From: an uncultured Actinomycetota bacterium
Lineage (GTDB): Bacteria > Actinomycetota > Actinomycetes > Mycobacteriales > Mycobacteriaceae
Length of the DNA: 64,000 nt
Direction: 5' to 3'
NCBI GenBank assembly: GCA_963849055.1
Contig: CAWKFI010000004.1
Location: 848,224-912,223, forward strand
The notes beneath the pieces are model-generated. The model saw nothing but the letters and a program-made list of their open reading frames with translations, did no database searches and was not told where the DNA came from. The position numbers and the translations under genes were made by a program. Positions 1-9,433 of the stretch are shown piece after piece; within the stretch, counting starts at the first letter, position 1, and each line of letters begins with the position of its first letter.

Positions 1-677
1 ATGGCGGGTCCGTCGTCGGCGGCCAACGCCTTCCGGAGTTCGGCCGGGTCCATCCGGCCCTGGTCGTCGGCAGGGATGCGGACCGCCGTCTCCGAGCCGA
101 GGCCGAGTAGCCGAAGCGCCGTGTGAATGGTCGCGTGCGCCTGCTCACCGCACAGCACGCGCAACCGTGGCGCGCCGATGAGCCCGTCGCGCTCGACGTC
201 CCAGCCCACCCGGGCGAGCGCCGCGTGCCTGGCGGCGGCGAGGCAGGTCGTGTTGGCGCCCTGGCCGCCGGTGACGAATCCGACGCTCGCGCTTGGCGGA
301 AGGCCCAGCAGCTCGAGCGTCCAGGCGGATGCGACCTCCTCGATCGCGGCCGCTGCGGGGGAGAGCGAATGGAAGGCCGCGCACTGGTCCCATGCGGAAA
401 CCAGCCAGTCCGCGGCCAATGCGGCGGGCAGCGCGCCACCGATGACGAAGCCGAAATGGCGTGGGCCCGGGGTAGCGACAAGGCCGGGCTCGGCACCGGC
501 GACGAGGGCGTCGATGACGGCACCGGGGTCCTCGCCGCGAACGGGAAGCGGACCGCCGAGGGCTTCGCGCACGCCCGCGGCGTCGACGCGGGCGGCCACG
601 GGGCGATCGTCCAGGGTGGCGAGGAATGCCTCGGCGTGCTTGGCGGCGACGCGCAGGCCGGCGGTGCGATCAGGCAT
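1..677 (-). CDS. Group II pyridoxal-dependent (aromatic amino acid/glutamate-type) decarboxylase, runs off the window edge
   Basis: Manual minus-strand translation from ATG at 677: MPDRTAGLRVAAKHAEAFL...PGPRHFGFVIGG...ADWLVSAWDQ...GFVTGGQGANTTCLAAAR...CGEQAHATI. These are typical group II decarboxylase motifs. Absent from the ORF track because there is no stop in the window. Confidence 0.85.
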   Translation of the reverse strand, partial: MPDRTAGLRVAAKHAEAFLATLDDRPVAARVDAAGVREALGGPLPVRGEDPGAVIDALVAGAEPGLVATPGPRHFGFVIGGALPAALAADWLVSAWDQCAAFHSLSPAAAAIEEVASAWTLELLGLPPSASVGFVTGGQGANTTCLAAARHAALARVGWDVERDGLIGAPRLRVLCGEQAHATIHTALRLLGLGSETAVRIPADDQGRMDPAELRKALAADDGPA

Positions 678-859
678 GCGCCGACCCTACCGCTCCCGGT
701 GCGCGAGGGCGTCAGGGGTTGTGGGACAAGGCATCTCGACCATAGCTGCCTGGCGACTCGCTGGCCGGGCGCAGAAGCTCATACGAAACCACTGCTTTAA
801 ACAACTGTATAGCTCCGTATCATGGAGCAGAATAGGTAACGATACGGTAGTATGCAGTC

Positions 860-1285
860 GTGACATCGACGTTGTACTCGGCCGAAGAAGTGGCCGAAGT
901 CCTCGGGTTGCACGTGCGAACCGTCCGCGGTTACGTGCGGGAGGGGCGCTTGCCCGCCGTCCGGATCGGCAAGCAGTACCGCATCACCGAGCAGGACTTG
1001 CGGGAGTTCACCAGTGGCGGGCAGGCGATTCCGACATCGGAGCCCCGCGTGGAGGTGTCGGCGATCGTGCAGATCGACACCGTCGGTCGTGGCGTCATGG
1101 ACCGGATCACCACACACGTGCTGGGCGCGGCCAACGGTGGCTCGGGTGGTCGGCGACCGCTCCACGTCCAGACGTTCTACGACGAGACGCGCAACAGCCT
1201 CAAGGTCGTCGTCGTCGGCGGCGCCGATGACACGGCGAAGATGATCACGCTGATCAGTGCCCTTGCGGAGCAGGCCGACACGTGA
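860..1285 (+). CDS. Excisionase-like (HTH_17) DNA-binding protein with a C-terminal alpha/beta domain
   Basis: LYSAEEVAEVLGLHVRTVRGYVREGRLPAVRIGKQYRI motif. TAGTAT -10 at 848-853 sits 6 nt before the GTG, suggesting a leaderless start. Confidence 0.85.
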   Translation: MTSTLYSAEEVAEVLGLHVRTVRGYVREGRLPAVRIGKQYRITEQDLREFTSGGQAIPTSEPRVEVSAIVQIDTVGRGVMDRITTHVLGAANGGSGGRRPLHVQTFYDETRNSLKVVVVGGADDTAKMITLISALAEQADT

Positions 1286-1629
1286 CGCAGAACCAGCCGG
1301 CGCGTCAGCCCGCGGATGCCCATGGGCTTCGCGCCCTGCTGCGCCGCGACCTCGGCGTCGCTCTGAAGACCCGCCGCGCCGAAGCCGCCGCCGCCCTGCG
1401 GACCACGATCGCGGCGATCGACAACGCCGAAGCCGTCGATCCCGCCACGGTCGAAGACGGTTCCACCGAGGTGGCGCGCCGCGACCTGTCGATGGCCGAC
1501 GTACGGGCCGTTCTGCACAATCACATTGACGACTACGTCACGGAAGCCGAGCGCTATCAGTCACTGGGACGCCACGACGCGGCACAACGACTTCGCCGGC
1601 AGGCCGACACGCTACGTCCATATCTCTAA
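1282..1629 (+). CDS. GatB/YqeY-like helical protein
   Basis: LRRDLGVALKTR...ALRTTIAAIDNAE...EVARRDLS resembles YqeY; GTGA overlap with the upstream gene. Confidence 0.6.
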   Translation: MTQNQPARQPADAHGLRALLRRDLGVALKTRRAEAAAALRTTIAAIDNAEAVDPATVEDGSTEVARRDLSMADVRAVLHNHIDDYVTEAERYQSLGRHDAAQRLRRQADTLRPYL

Positions 1630-1778
1630 GGCAACCGAGAGTGGTTGCAAGTCAAGGTATTTGGGACCCTGCGTCGTGACGTCTGGTCTGGCGCCAAAGA
1701 CGCGGGTTTAGCGCGACGTTTGCGGGGTAGCCGCTAGCGTCGGCGCGACTCACGGTGCCGCGACTCAAGGGGCGAGAA

Positions 1779-2168
1779 ATGCAGACATCTGGCATCACCA
1801 TGCGAGCTCTCCGTGTACTTGCAGCCGGCGCACTTGGCGGGCTGGCCGCCGCCACGATCGCGATTCCGACGGCGTCGGCTCAGCCTGGATGCACTGCGGC
1901 GGGGTTGAGCAGCACGCTCGGTGGGGTCTCGACGGCGACCGGCGCGTATCTCGCCACCCATCCCGGCGCGGACGAAGCGATCACCAACTCCGGTGCGCTG
2001 GCACCTGGGGACGCAGAGAACGCGATTCGGAACTACTTCATCGCCCACCCGAACGAATGGGCCGACCTGCAAGGCATTGCGCGCCCGCTGGCCAACTTGC
2101 GAGCACAGTGCGGCGTGGACGTGGCGCCCGCACAGATCGCCCGACTGTTCGACGCGATGGCGTCATAA
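1779..2168 (+). CDS. Secreted hemophore-like protein (Rv0203 family)
   Basis: Signal peptide ending TASA, then CTAAGLSST...GAYLATHP...YFIAHPNEWADLQGIARPL...QC. Confidence 0.75.
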   Translation: MQTSGITMRALRVLAAGALGGLAAATIAIPTASAQPGCTAAGLSSTLGGVSTATGAYLATHPGADEAITNSGALAPGDAENAIRNYFIAHPNEWADLQGIARPLANLRAQCGVDVAPAQIARLFDAMAS

Positions 2169-2295
2169 CGGCCCTCCAATCCCCAGAGTCTCCGCGAGAT
2201 TGAGCTGACGCAACTGTCTTCTCGAAATTTTAATTGCGTGGGTACAATCTCGCGGCCTCCATCCGAAAGGCACTGAACGACAACATGTCGGGGCC

Positions 2296-2748
2296 TCATC
2301 GCCGCCCCTGCGGTTCCAGCACCGGTTTGACGTCGACGATCGGGGTCTGGTCGATCGCCTCCAGGTCTCGCACGCGGATGCGCAGGTCGTCGACCTCGAG
2401 GACGGTCACCACGTGCAGGCCGAGCGGGTTCGGCCGATCGGGCGAACGCGTCGCGAAGACGCCCAGCAAGGGTCTGTCGGTGTCGCCGCGAGGATGCACC
2501 TGGCGTACGTTGCGGTCGGCGAGATGCAGCCAGGTGATGACGACGATCTCGCTCCCGCGTCCTATCCCCTCGAGCGCGGGCCGGACGTCCGCATCGAACA
2601 CCAACCAGCAGTCCGGCGAACCCTCGTCTCCCTGGCGGGGCGCGGCGCTGGCGTCGGTCAGCGTCGACTCAACCCGCCCGATCGGTTGCAGCACGAAGTC
2701 GGGCACATGTGAATTGTCTATGAGAACGTCACGGCGTCGCTCGGACAT
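2296..2748 (-). CDS. trmO: tRNA (t6A37)-N6-methyltransferase TrmO/TsaA family
   Basis: LQPIGRVES...APRQG...GVFATRSPDRPNPLGL...LEAIDQTPIVDVKP; exact start uncertain. Confidence 0.85.
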   Translation of the reverse strand: MSERRRDVLIDNSHVPDFVLQPIGRVESTLTDASAAPRQGDEGSPDCWLVFDADVRPALEGIGRGSEIVVITWLHLADRNVRQVHPRGDTDRPLLGVFATRSPDRPNPLGLHVVTVLEVDDLRIRVRDLEAIDQTPIVDVKPVLEPQGRR

Positions 2749-2763
2749 CGCGACAATGGAGGG

Positions 2764-3537
2764 ATGACCTCGCCACCGGTCAGTGACCCTGACGTGGGTC
2801 CCCGTCGCGCCATCCTCGGCAAGCTGCCCCGGATGTACCGCGCCGACGGCTCACCCATCCGGGTGCTGCTCGTCGATGACGAGCGCGCGCTCACCAATCT
2901 GGTGCGCATGGCATTGCAGTACGAAGGCTGGGACATCGACGTCGCGCACGACGCTCGTGAGGCCGTCGACAAGTACCGTGCCAACACCCCCGACATCCTG
3001 GTCCTCGACATCATGCTGCCCGACATGGACGGGCTTGGTGTGCTGCAACAGATCCGGGATTCGGACACCTATACGCCCACGCTCTTCCTGACGGCCCGCG
3101 ACTCGGTGATGGACCGGGTTACCGGTCTGACCGCCGGCGGCGACGACTACATGACCAAGCCCTTCTCGCTCGAGGAGCTGGTGGCCAGGCTGCGCGGCCT
3201 GCTGCGGCGCTCGGCGTATCTGACGCCCGCCGACGACGAGACGTTGACCGTCGGTGACCTCCAACTCGACGGCGTCAGCCGCGAGGTCACCCGCAGCGGC
3301 GAACCCATCTCGCTGACGTCGACCGAATTCGAGCTGCTGCGATTCCTGATGCGCCATCCCCGACGCGCGCTGAGCCGCCAGGAAGTTCTGCGCAAGGTGT
3401 GGAACTACGACTTCGGCGGACGGTCGAGCATCGTCGACCTGTACGTGTCGTACCTGCGGAAGAAGGTCGACGCCGGCCGTGAGCCGATGATCCACACGGT
3501 GCGGGGTGTCGGCTACATGTTGCGGCCTGCGGAATGA
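2764..3537 (+). CDS. trcR: OmpR-family response regulator TrcR
   Basis: RRAILGKLPRMYRADGSPIRVLLVDDE N-terminus characteristic of mycobacterial TrcR; receiver plus winged-helix domains. Confidence 0.9.
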   Translation: MTSPPVSDPDVGPRRAILGKLPRMYRADGSPIRVLLVDDERALTNLVRMALQYEGWDIDVAHDAREAVDKYRANTPDILVLDIMLPDMDGLGVLQQIRDSDTYTPTLFLTARDSVMDRVTGLTAGGDDYMTKPFSLEELVARLRGLLRRSAYLTPADDETLTVGDLQLDGVSREVTRSGEPISLTSTEFELLRFLMRHPRRALSRQEVLRKVWNYDFGGRSSIVDLYVSYLRKKVDAGREPMIHTVRGVGYMLRPAE

Positions 3538-5045
3538 GTCGCTGGCGGACGTGGACGCTGCGGCGGCAACTCGTGCTCGGGGTGTCGGCGATCGTCATGG
3601 TCGTGCTGCTCACCGTCGGCGTGCTGTCGGTCCTGACCCTGCGCAGCTCGCTTTCCGGGGTCATCGACACCCAGCTGACGGCATCGGCGGACGGGTTCAG
3701 CTACAGCGTGACGAAGTACCGCATCACGCCAACGGCCGACGGCCACAAGCCGCCGCGGGGTGCCATGAAGCCGCTGACCCAGGTCGTCGGTCAGGCGCCG
3801 GGCAACGTCATCGCGCTGATCCAGGACGGCAAGGTCGTGGATTCGGCGCACTTCGGAGACGGTGAGGCGGGCCCAGCGTCTCCCGAGGTGGTCGACGAGA
3901 TTCCGAAACTGGCGGCGTGGATCGGAGTCGGCAAGCACGACGTCGAGCTGGCCGGTCATGGCGAGTACTTGATGGAGGTCCGGCCGGGCGACGGTGACGA
4001 GCGATTGGTCACCGCGGTGTCGCTGGAGCCGGCGCAGAAGGCGGTGGCGCGGGAGACGGCGATCGTCGCGGCGCTGACCGCGCTAGCCCTGCTGGTCACG
4101 GCTCTCGGCACGATAGCGATCGTCCGGTTCGCGCTGCGCCCGCTGGGCCGGGTGGCCGCGACCGCCGCGGAGGTTGCGACGTTGAAGTTGGACCGCGACC
4201 ACCACTCGATCACGCCTCGCGTACCCCGCGGGGATACGGACCGGCGAACCGAGGTCGGGCTCGTCGGCGACACGTTGAACAGCCTGCTGGAACACGTGGA
4301 ACGCGCGCTGGCCGAGGTGGCGGCCTCCGACCGGCGGATGCGCCGCTTCATCACCGACGCCAGCCACGAACTGCGGACCCCGCTGGCGGCCATTCACGGC
4401 TACGCCGAGCTGACCCGCCAGGACAGTTCGGTGTTGCCGGACACCACCGAATACTCGCTGGCCCGCATCGAAGCCGAAGCGCGCCGGATGAGTTCGTTGG
4501 TCTCCGACCTACTCCTGCTTGCGCGACTGGACGAAGGTGAGGACTTGGACACCACCGAGGTCGACCTCACCGACGTGGTCATCGACGCCGTCAACGACGC
4601 CGCGGTTTCGGCGCCGGATCATCATTGGTTGACCAACGTGCCCGACGGCCCGGTGTGGGTCGTCGGTGATCGTGCCCGGCTTCATCAGTTGCTCGTCAGC
4701 CTGCTGTCGAATGCCTGGAAGCACACACCGCCAGGAACGACCGTGACGACCGCCGTTGCCACGGGCCGCGCCGACGACGGCGCACCGTACGCGGAGTTGA
4801 CCGTCGTCGACGATGGGCCGGGAATCGATCGGGATCTGTTGCCGCACTTGTTCGAACGGTTCGTCAGAGCGGACGAATCACGGTCCCACGCGTCCGGGAG
4901 CTTCGGACTTGGGTTGTCGATCGCCGCGTCGATCGTCGAGGCGCACCGCGGCACCATCGACGCCGAATCCGCACCCGGAAGGACGACCTTCCGGGTGCGG
5001 TTGGTGACGATTCACGTACGGGCTCAGCAGGTTACGTCGACGTAG
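3534..5045 (+). CDS. trcS: Sensor histidine kinase TrcS
   Basis: Two TM segments, HAMP, DASHELRTPL H-box, DDGPG and GSFGLGL boxes; ATGA overlap with trcR. Confidence 0.88.
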   Translation: MSRWRTWTLRRQLVLGVSAIVMVVLLTVGVLSVLTLRSSLSGVIDTQLTASADGFSYSVTKYRITPTADGHKPPRGAMKPLTQVVGQAPGNVIALIQDGKVVDSAHFGDGEAGPASPEVVDEIPKLAAWIGVGKHDVELAGHGEYLMEVRPGDGDERLVTAVSLEPAQKAVARETAIVAALTALALLVTALGTIAIVRFALRPLGRVAATAAEVATLKLDRDHHSITPRVPRGDTDRRTEVGLVGDTLNSLLEHVERALAEVAASDRRMRRFITDASHELRTPLAAIHGYAELTRQDSSVLPDTTEYSLARIEAEARRMSSLVSDLLLLARLDEGEDLDTTEVDLTDVVIDAVNDAAVSAPDHHWLTNVPDGPVWVVGDRARLHQLLVSLLSNAWKHTPPGTTVTTAVATGRADDGAPYAELTVVDDGPGIDRDLLPHLFERFVRADESRSHASGSFGLGLSIAASIVEAHRGTIDAESAPGRTTFRVRLVTIHVRAQQVTST

Positions 5046-5323
5046 ACCGTCTTCGACGTCACCGTGGTGTTGATCGAGCCGCCGCCGCGCGAGTCCTGCG
5101 TGGAGTGCGTCTGTCCGGGGCGAATGCCGCTGACCGTGCACGCCGACATCGGTGCGTCACCGGTCCGGTTGATGGTGACGTTGTAGCCACTGGCTTCGAG
5201 TGTTCTGACTGTTTGATCCACCTGCGACGGCCCCGACGGCGCCGCCGTGGCGACGGCGGTGAGTGCGATGGCTGACGATGACAACATGGCCGCGGTAATC
5301 CCAGCAGCAACAAAGTATTTCAT
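5024..5323 (-). CDS. Small secreted protein (mycobacterial hypothetical)
   Basis: MKYFVAAG...ATAA signal peptide, AAGGG SD, LEASGYNVTINR..C..VYVDVTC. Confidence 0.75.
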   Translation of the reverse strand: MKYFVAAGITAAMLSSSAIALTAVATAAPSGPSQVDQTVRTLEASGYNVTINRTGDAPMSACTVSGIRPGQTHSTQDSRGGGSINTTVTSKTVYVDVTC

Positions 5324-5440
5324 GTCCCGACCCTTCAATTGGTTGATGTGCGTACACATTCCAATGTAGGATCGGATCTCGCCATTACGGCCCGCTCATG
5401 CCGGATACAAATATTTGTAAATGGTATGAGCGCCTAGGGG

Positions 5441-5899
5441 TCACGCCAGAGCGACGGCGTCGATCGCTTCCTGCATGCCCCGGGTCGCCAGGACGTCGGC
5501 CAACTCGTTGTCCGCGACGCCCGAGTGGCCCTTCACCCAGAACCACTCGACCTCGTGCCGGGCGCACGCCGCCTGCAGTCGCTTCCAGAGGTCGACGTTC
5601 TTCACCGGCTGTTTGGCCGCGGTCAGCCAACCGTTGCGCTCCCAGCCGAGCACCCACTTGGTGATGCCGCTGCGGACGTACGTGCTGTCGGTGTAGAGGT
5701 GCACCACCACGGGCCGGGTGAGCGCCTCCAACGCCATGATCGGCGCGGTCAACTCCATCCGGTTGTTGCTGGTCTCATTGGGCTCGCCCCCGCACATCTC
5801 GCGGACGTGCTCGCGTTGGCGCAACACCGCACCCCAGCCGCCCGGACCGGGGTTGGGCCTGCATCCGCCGTCGGTGTGGATGATCACGGCGTCGGTCAT
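5441..5899 (-). CDS. rnhA: Ribonuclease HI
   Basis: [47 protein letters not shown]. Confidence 0.95.
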   Translation of the reverse strand: MTDAVIIHTDGGCRPNPGPGGWGAVLRQREHVREMCGGEPNETSNNRMELTAPIMALEALTRPVVVHLYTDSTYVRSGITKWVLGWERNGWLTAAKQPVKNVDLWKRLQAACARHEVEWFWVKGHSGVADNELADVLATRGMQEAIDAVALA

Positions 5900-5933
5900 G
5901 CGCCGAGAATAGGCACTCCGTCGAGCAGAGGCC

Positions 5934-6602
5934 TCAGCGACGCGCGGGAGGCGAGATCATCGCCGACCGGACCGACATCCCGAGCGCGTCGTGGTGCAGC
6001 GTGGTGATCCGACGCCCCGGCTGCACTGCGTCCTTGACCGGTGTCGTGCGGTCGCCGAAGAACGAGGCGGTCGCGTCGATGTCGTCGACGACGTACGTGA
6101 TGCCCCAGAGCGTGGCGGGACCGTCCGTTGCCGTCACTGGCAAGCCGACGACCTCGACGATGACGTCGCCGAACCGGAAGAAGACCTGGCGGATCGGTTG
6201 ACCGGCTAGTTCGGCCTCGCGTTCCCGGCGCGGGTGCACGCCAATCGCGGCCAGCGCTTCGACCGTTCGCCCCAGGTCGGGTGACATCAGCACGACGTGG
6301 TCGATCGCCGTGACGCCGTTCGGGTGCGTTGCCGGGCTCGCAGGCTCCGCGGGCGACGTCCGTCCGATGTCGCCGCCGGGGCGGCTCCGTCTCGTCGGGA
6401 TACCGTCGATGTCGTCGACCGTGCTGCCCGGCGGCAAGCCGCGCAACGACCACCCGACGACGCCGGCACGGCTACCGCGGCCGAGCAGCCGGATTCCAAC
6501 GCCACCGACTCTGCATACGGCGTCGGACCCCACGCTGAACCCAGCCCGACTCCAGGCGTCCACGGGATCAGCGACGTCGAGGCCGGCGACGGTGACTGTC
6601 AT
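5934..6602 (-). CDS. Glyoxalase/VOC-like protein
   Basis: [18 protein letters not shown]...[14 protein letters not shown]; start set at ATG 6602. Confidence 0.75.
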   Translation of the reverse strand: MTVTVAGLDVADPVDAWSRAGFSVGSDAVCRVGGVGIRLLGRGSRAGVVGWSLRGLPPGSTVDDIDGIPTRRSRPGGDIGRTSPAEPASPATHPNGVTAIDHVVLMSPDLGRTVEALAAIGVHPRREREAELAGQPIRQVFFRFGDVIVEVVGLPVTATDGPATLWGITYVVDDIDATASFFGDRTTPVKDAVQPGRRITTLHHDALGMSVRSAMISPPARR

Positions 6603-6656
6603 GGACGAAAATGCTCGCCTTCCGGCTTGTCGGTACCCGCGTCTAGCTTCGGGCGC

Positions 6657-7307
6657 ATGAGACGCACTGGTTCGGTTTCGGTCGCAGTCATCGTGCCAAC
6701 GCCTGAACTTCTCAAGCAAATGTTGCACGAGAGGCCTGCCTGCTGGACGTGGGCGGCCTTCGCGTCCGTCGTGTTCCAGCGCTGGGCCGCCGTCGAGGAA
6801 CGCAAGATCATTCAAGTAATCGGTTCACCCGTGCGGCCAACGGGACGGCTGGAGACCGGCACCGAGGTTGCACAATTCGTCGCTCGGCACATGCGAGCCG
6901 TCGACGACATCACTGAGGCGGTGGGGGCCTTCCTAAGAATGCCGGCCTTCACCGAGGCATTCGGTGCTCGTGACGACGAAGACACAGCCGACGCCGAGGG
7001 CATCGTGCGCGCCGCCAATCAACTCGGCGACTACTACGAGCGGCTGCTGGAGGTGGCCGAGGAGTGCCGAAGACACTCCGTCCCAGATCGATACGAGGAG
7101 CTGGTCCGCGACTGCACGCGGTTCATGAACCAGCCCCTTCAGGACTTTGGAGGCTTCGTCAACGGCGTTCTCGAACGCCTCGAGGAACTGCAGAAGCGGG
7201 CCATGCTGGGCCAGCCCTACATGTGGTTGGGACCCGTCCCGCTGCGCACCGTCACTGACGACCGTCTGCTCTGGTCGATCATGGACCGGTTGCAGACGAT
7301 CGACTAA
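6657..7307 (+). CDS. Hypothetical helical protein
   Basis: Protein-like composition (ERPACWTWAAFASVVFQRW...); divergent from the VOC gene; start uncertain. Confidence 0.6.
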   Translation: MRRTGSVSVAVIVPTPELLKQMLHERPACWTWAAFASVVFQRWAAVEERKIIQVIGSPVRPTGRLETGTEVAQFVARHMRAVDDITEAVGAFLRMPAFTEAFGARDDEDTADAEGIVRAANQLGDYYERLLEVAEECRRHSVPDRYEELVRDCTRFMNQPLQDFGGFVNGVLERLEELQKRAMLGQPYMWLGPVPLRTVTDDRLLWSIMDRLQTID

Positions 7308-7553
7308 CTCCCGTGGCCAGGGCAAACCAACGACGGGGTGCCACGACCATGGTGTCAACATCCTCATCGCGCCGCGATAGGCGGCGTGAATCACGCGATC
7401 GAAGGGGCTGGCAACCGTCGGTCATCGATTCGCCGACATCCGTTGCGCCGCACGATAAATAGCGTGAATCACGTCATTGACGGCTTGGCCTTCCTCGAAG
7501 AGGGGCGTGCCATATAGCTTCTGTCTGGTGGGTGCATCGGTCGGGAGCGCTTC

Positions 7554-8120
7554 GTGACGGAGCCGATCGTGACCGCTGTGGAACCACGCTCAGCGGCGGA
7601 ACCGGCGCCGACTCGATCGCGGTGGTATTCGAGTTCTGCGCCACCTCGCCAGCGACTGACGGTGATCGTCGTTGAAATGCTGGCGAGCTTGGTGGCACTC
7701 GCGATCGTGGCGGCGCTGACGGCCGTCACTCACGACCCGTGGTTGATCCCGCCACTGGCGGCGAGCATGGCCTTGGTCGTTGGTGGCGCGCACTTTCCCC
7801 TGTCACAGCCGCGCAATGTGATTGGTGGGCATGTGTTGTCGGCGATCGTCGGTGTGCTCGTCGGCATGATCGGCATCGATTCGCTGTGGGCCAGTGCAGT
7901 TGCCGGCGCGTTGGCGCTCGGCGCGATGAAGCTGCTGCGGATGTCGCACTCCCCGGCCGCCGCGACGGCGATGATCGCCGTCGTCCCCGCCATCCCGCGA
8001 TGGGAGTTCGTCGTCCTGATCGGCGCGGCGGCGGCGATTCTCGTCGTCGTCGGCCTAGCCGGCAACAAGATCAACGGTGCCGAAGTACCCGCACTACTGG
8101 TGGTGACGCCTAGGTCCTAG
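7554..8120 (+). CDS. HPP family membrane protein
   Basis: PPLAASMALV, PLSQPRNVIGGH, SHSPAAA motifs. Confidence 0.85.
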   Translation: MTEPIVTAVEPRSAAEPAPTRSRWYSSSAPPRQRLTVIVVEMLASLVALAIVAALTAVTHDPWLIPPLAASMALVVGGAHFPLSQPRNVIGGHVLSAIVGVLVGMIGIDSLWASAVAGALALGAMKLLRMSHSPAAATAMIAVVPAIPRWEFVVLIGAAAAILVVVGLAGNKINGAEVPALLVVTPRS

Positions 8121-9334
8121 CGATTCCGTGTGCGGCGCTGCAGCAGCACCGAGAACGTCAGCACCACGATGCCCGCGACGGCCAGCAGTGCACCGGCTGC
8201 GGCGGGCGCGGTGTAGCCGTGTCCCGCGGCGATCACCACGCCACCGATCCACGCGCCGGTGGCGTTGGCGATGTTGAGCGCCGAATGGTTCAGTGCGGCG
8301 GCGAGCGTCTGCGCGTCGTGTGCGACGTCCATCAGCCGCGTCTGTAGCGCGGGCCCGATCGCCGACCCCGCGGCGCCGATCAGGAACAGCCCCGCCATCG
8401 CCGTCCACGGATTGTGTGCCGCCAGTACGAACAACGCGAGCACGACGCCCAGCGCGGTGATCGAGACGTAGAGGCCGCGGACCACCGAGACGTCGGCCAT
8501 CCGGCCGCCGACCAGGTTGCCGACCACCATGCCGACGCCGAAGACCATGAGCGCCAACGGAATCAGCGCCCGCGGCAGACCGGCGACGTCGGTCAGCGTG
8601 GTGCTGACGTAGGTGTACACGGCGAACATGCCGCCGAAGCCGACCATGCCGACCAGCAGGGCCAGCCACACCTGCACGCGCTTGAGGGCGCCGAGTTCGG
8701 TCAGCGGGCTGGTCGCGTGCATCGAGCGCATGCTCGGCAGCCAGAACCAGAGGGCCGTCAACGTGATGAGACCGATCACGACGACGAGGCCGAACGCGCT
8801 GCGCCAGCCGAAGTGCTGGCCGAGCCACGAGGCCATCGGCACGCCGAGCACCGTCGCGACGGTCAGGCCGGTCAATACGTGGGCGACTGCCTTGGCCCGG
8901 TTCTGCGGGCCCATCAGGTGGGCGGCGACCAGCGCGGCGACGCCGAAGAACGCGCCGTGCGGTACGCCGGCGACGAAGCGGGCGGCCATCAGCGTGCCGT
9001 AGGTCGGCGCGACCATGCTGGCGAGGTTGCCCACCGTGAACAGGACCATCAGCGCCAGCAGCAGCGTCTTGCGCGGCACGCGGGCGGTCAGCGATGCGAT
9101 GAGCGGTGCGCCGATCACGACGCCGAGCGCGTAGGCGGAGATGACGTGACCGGCCGTCGGTTCGGTGATGTGCAGGCTGGCCGCGATGTCGGGCAATAGG
9201 CCCATGGCGACGAACTCGGTGGTGCCGATGCCGAATCCGCCGATGGCGAGTGCGAGCACTGCCAGCCATCGGACGGTCGGGTCCGGGGACACGACGGATT
9301 GCGGGCGGAAGGGCCTCTCCAGGGTGCTGGTCAC
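8117..9334 (-). CDS. MFS transporter (DHA1/AraJ-like)
   Basis: GGFGIGTTEFVAMGLLP, ISAYALG, ARFVAGVPHGAFFG; 12-TM pattern; start GTG 9334. Confidence 0.9.
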   Translation of the reverse strand: MTSTLERPFRPQSVVSPDPTVRWLAVLALAIGGFGIGTTEFVAMGLLPDIAASLHITEPTAGHVISAYALGVVIGAPLIASLTARVPRKTLLLALMVLFTVGNLASMVAPTYGTLMAARFVAGVPHGAFFGVAALVAAHLMGPQNRAKAVAHVLTGLTVATVLGVPMASWLGQHFGWRSAFGLVVVIGLITLTALWFWLPSMRSMHATSPLTELGALKRVQVWLALLVGMVGFGGMFAVYTYVSTTLTDVAGLPRALIPLALMVFGVGMVVGNLVGGRMADVSVVRGLYVSITALGVVLALFVLAAHNPWTAMAGLFLIGAAGSAIGPALQTRLMDVAHDAQTLAAALNHSALNIANATGAWIGGVVIAAGHGYTAPAAAGALLAVAGIVVLTFSVLLQRRTRNR

Positions 9335-9374
9335 TGGTCCAAGGGTAGGCCTACTTATGCCTGTCTTCAAATTG

Positions 9375-9399
9375 ACTTTCGCCTTTGAACGGCAAAAGT
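9375..9399. promoter_or_regulatory. Imperfect palindrome, probable ROK operator in the MFS/ROK divergent gap
   Basis: ACTTTCGCC-tttgaac-GGCAAAAGT (8 of 9 arm positions pair). Confidence 0.55.
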
Positions 9400-9433
9400 G
9401 GCGCGGCTTACGTTTTCGGTGTTCAATCGAGGC

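Noticed and set aside
123-1230. Long plus-strand ORFs 123-800 and 127-1230
   Set aside because: Shadow frames of the minus-strand decarboxylase and the HTH gene; Arg/Pro/Ala-rich with no motifs.
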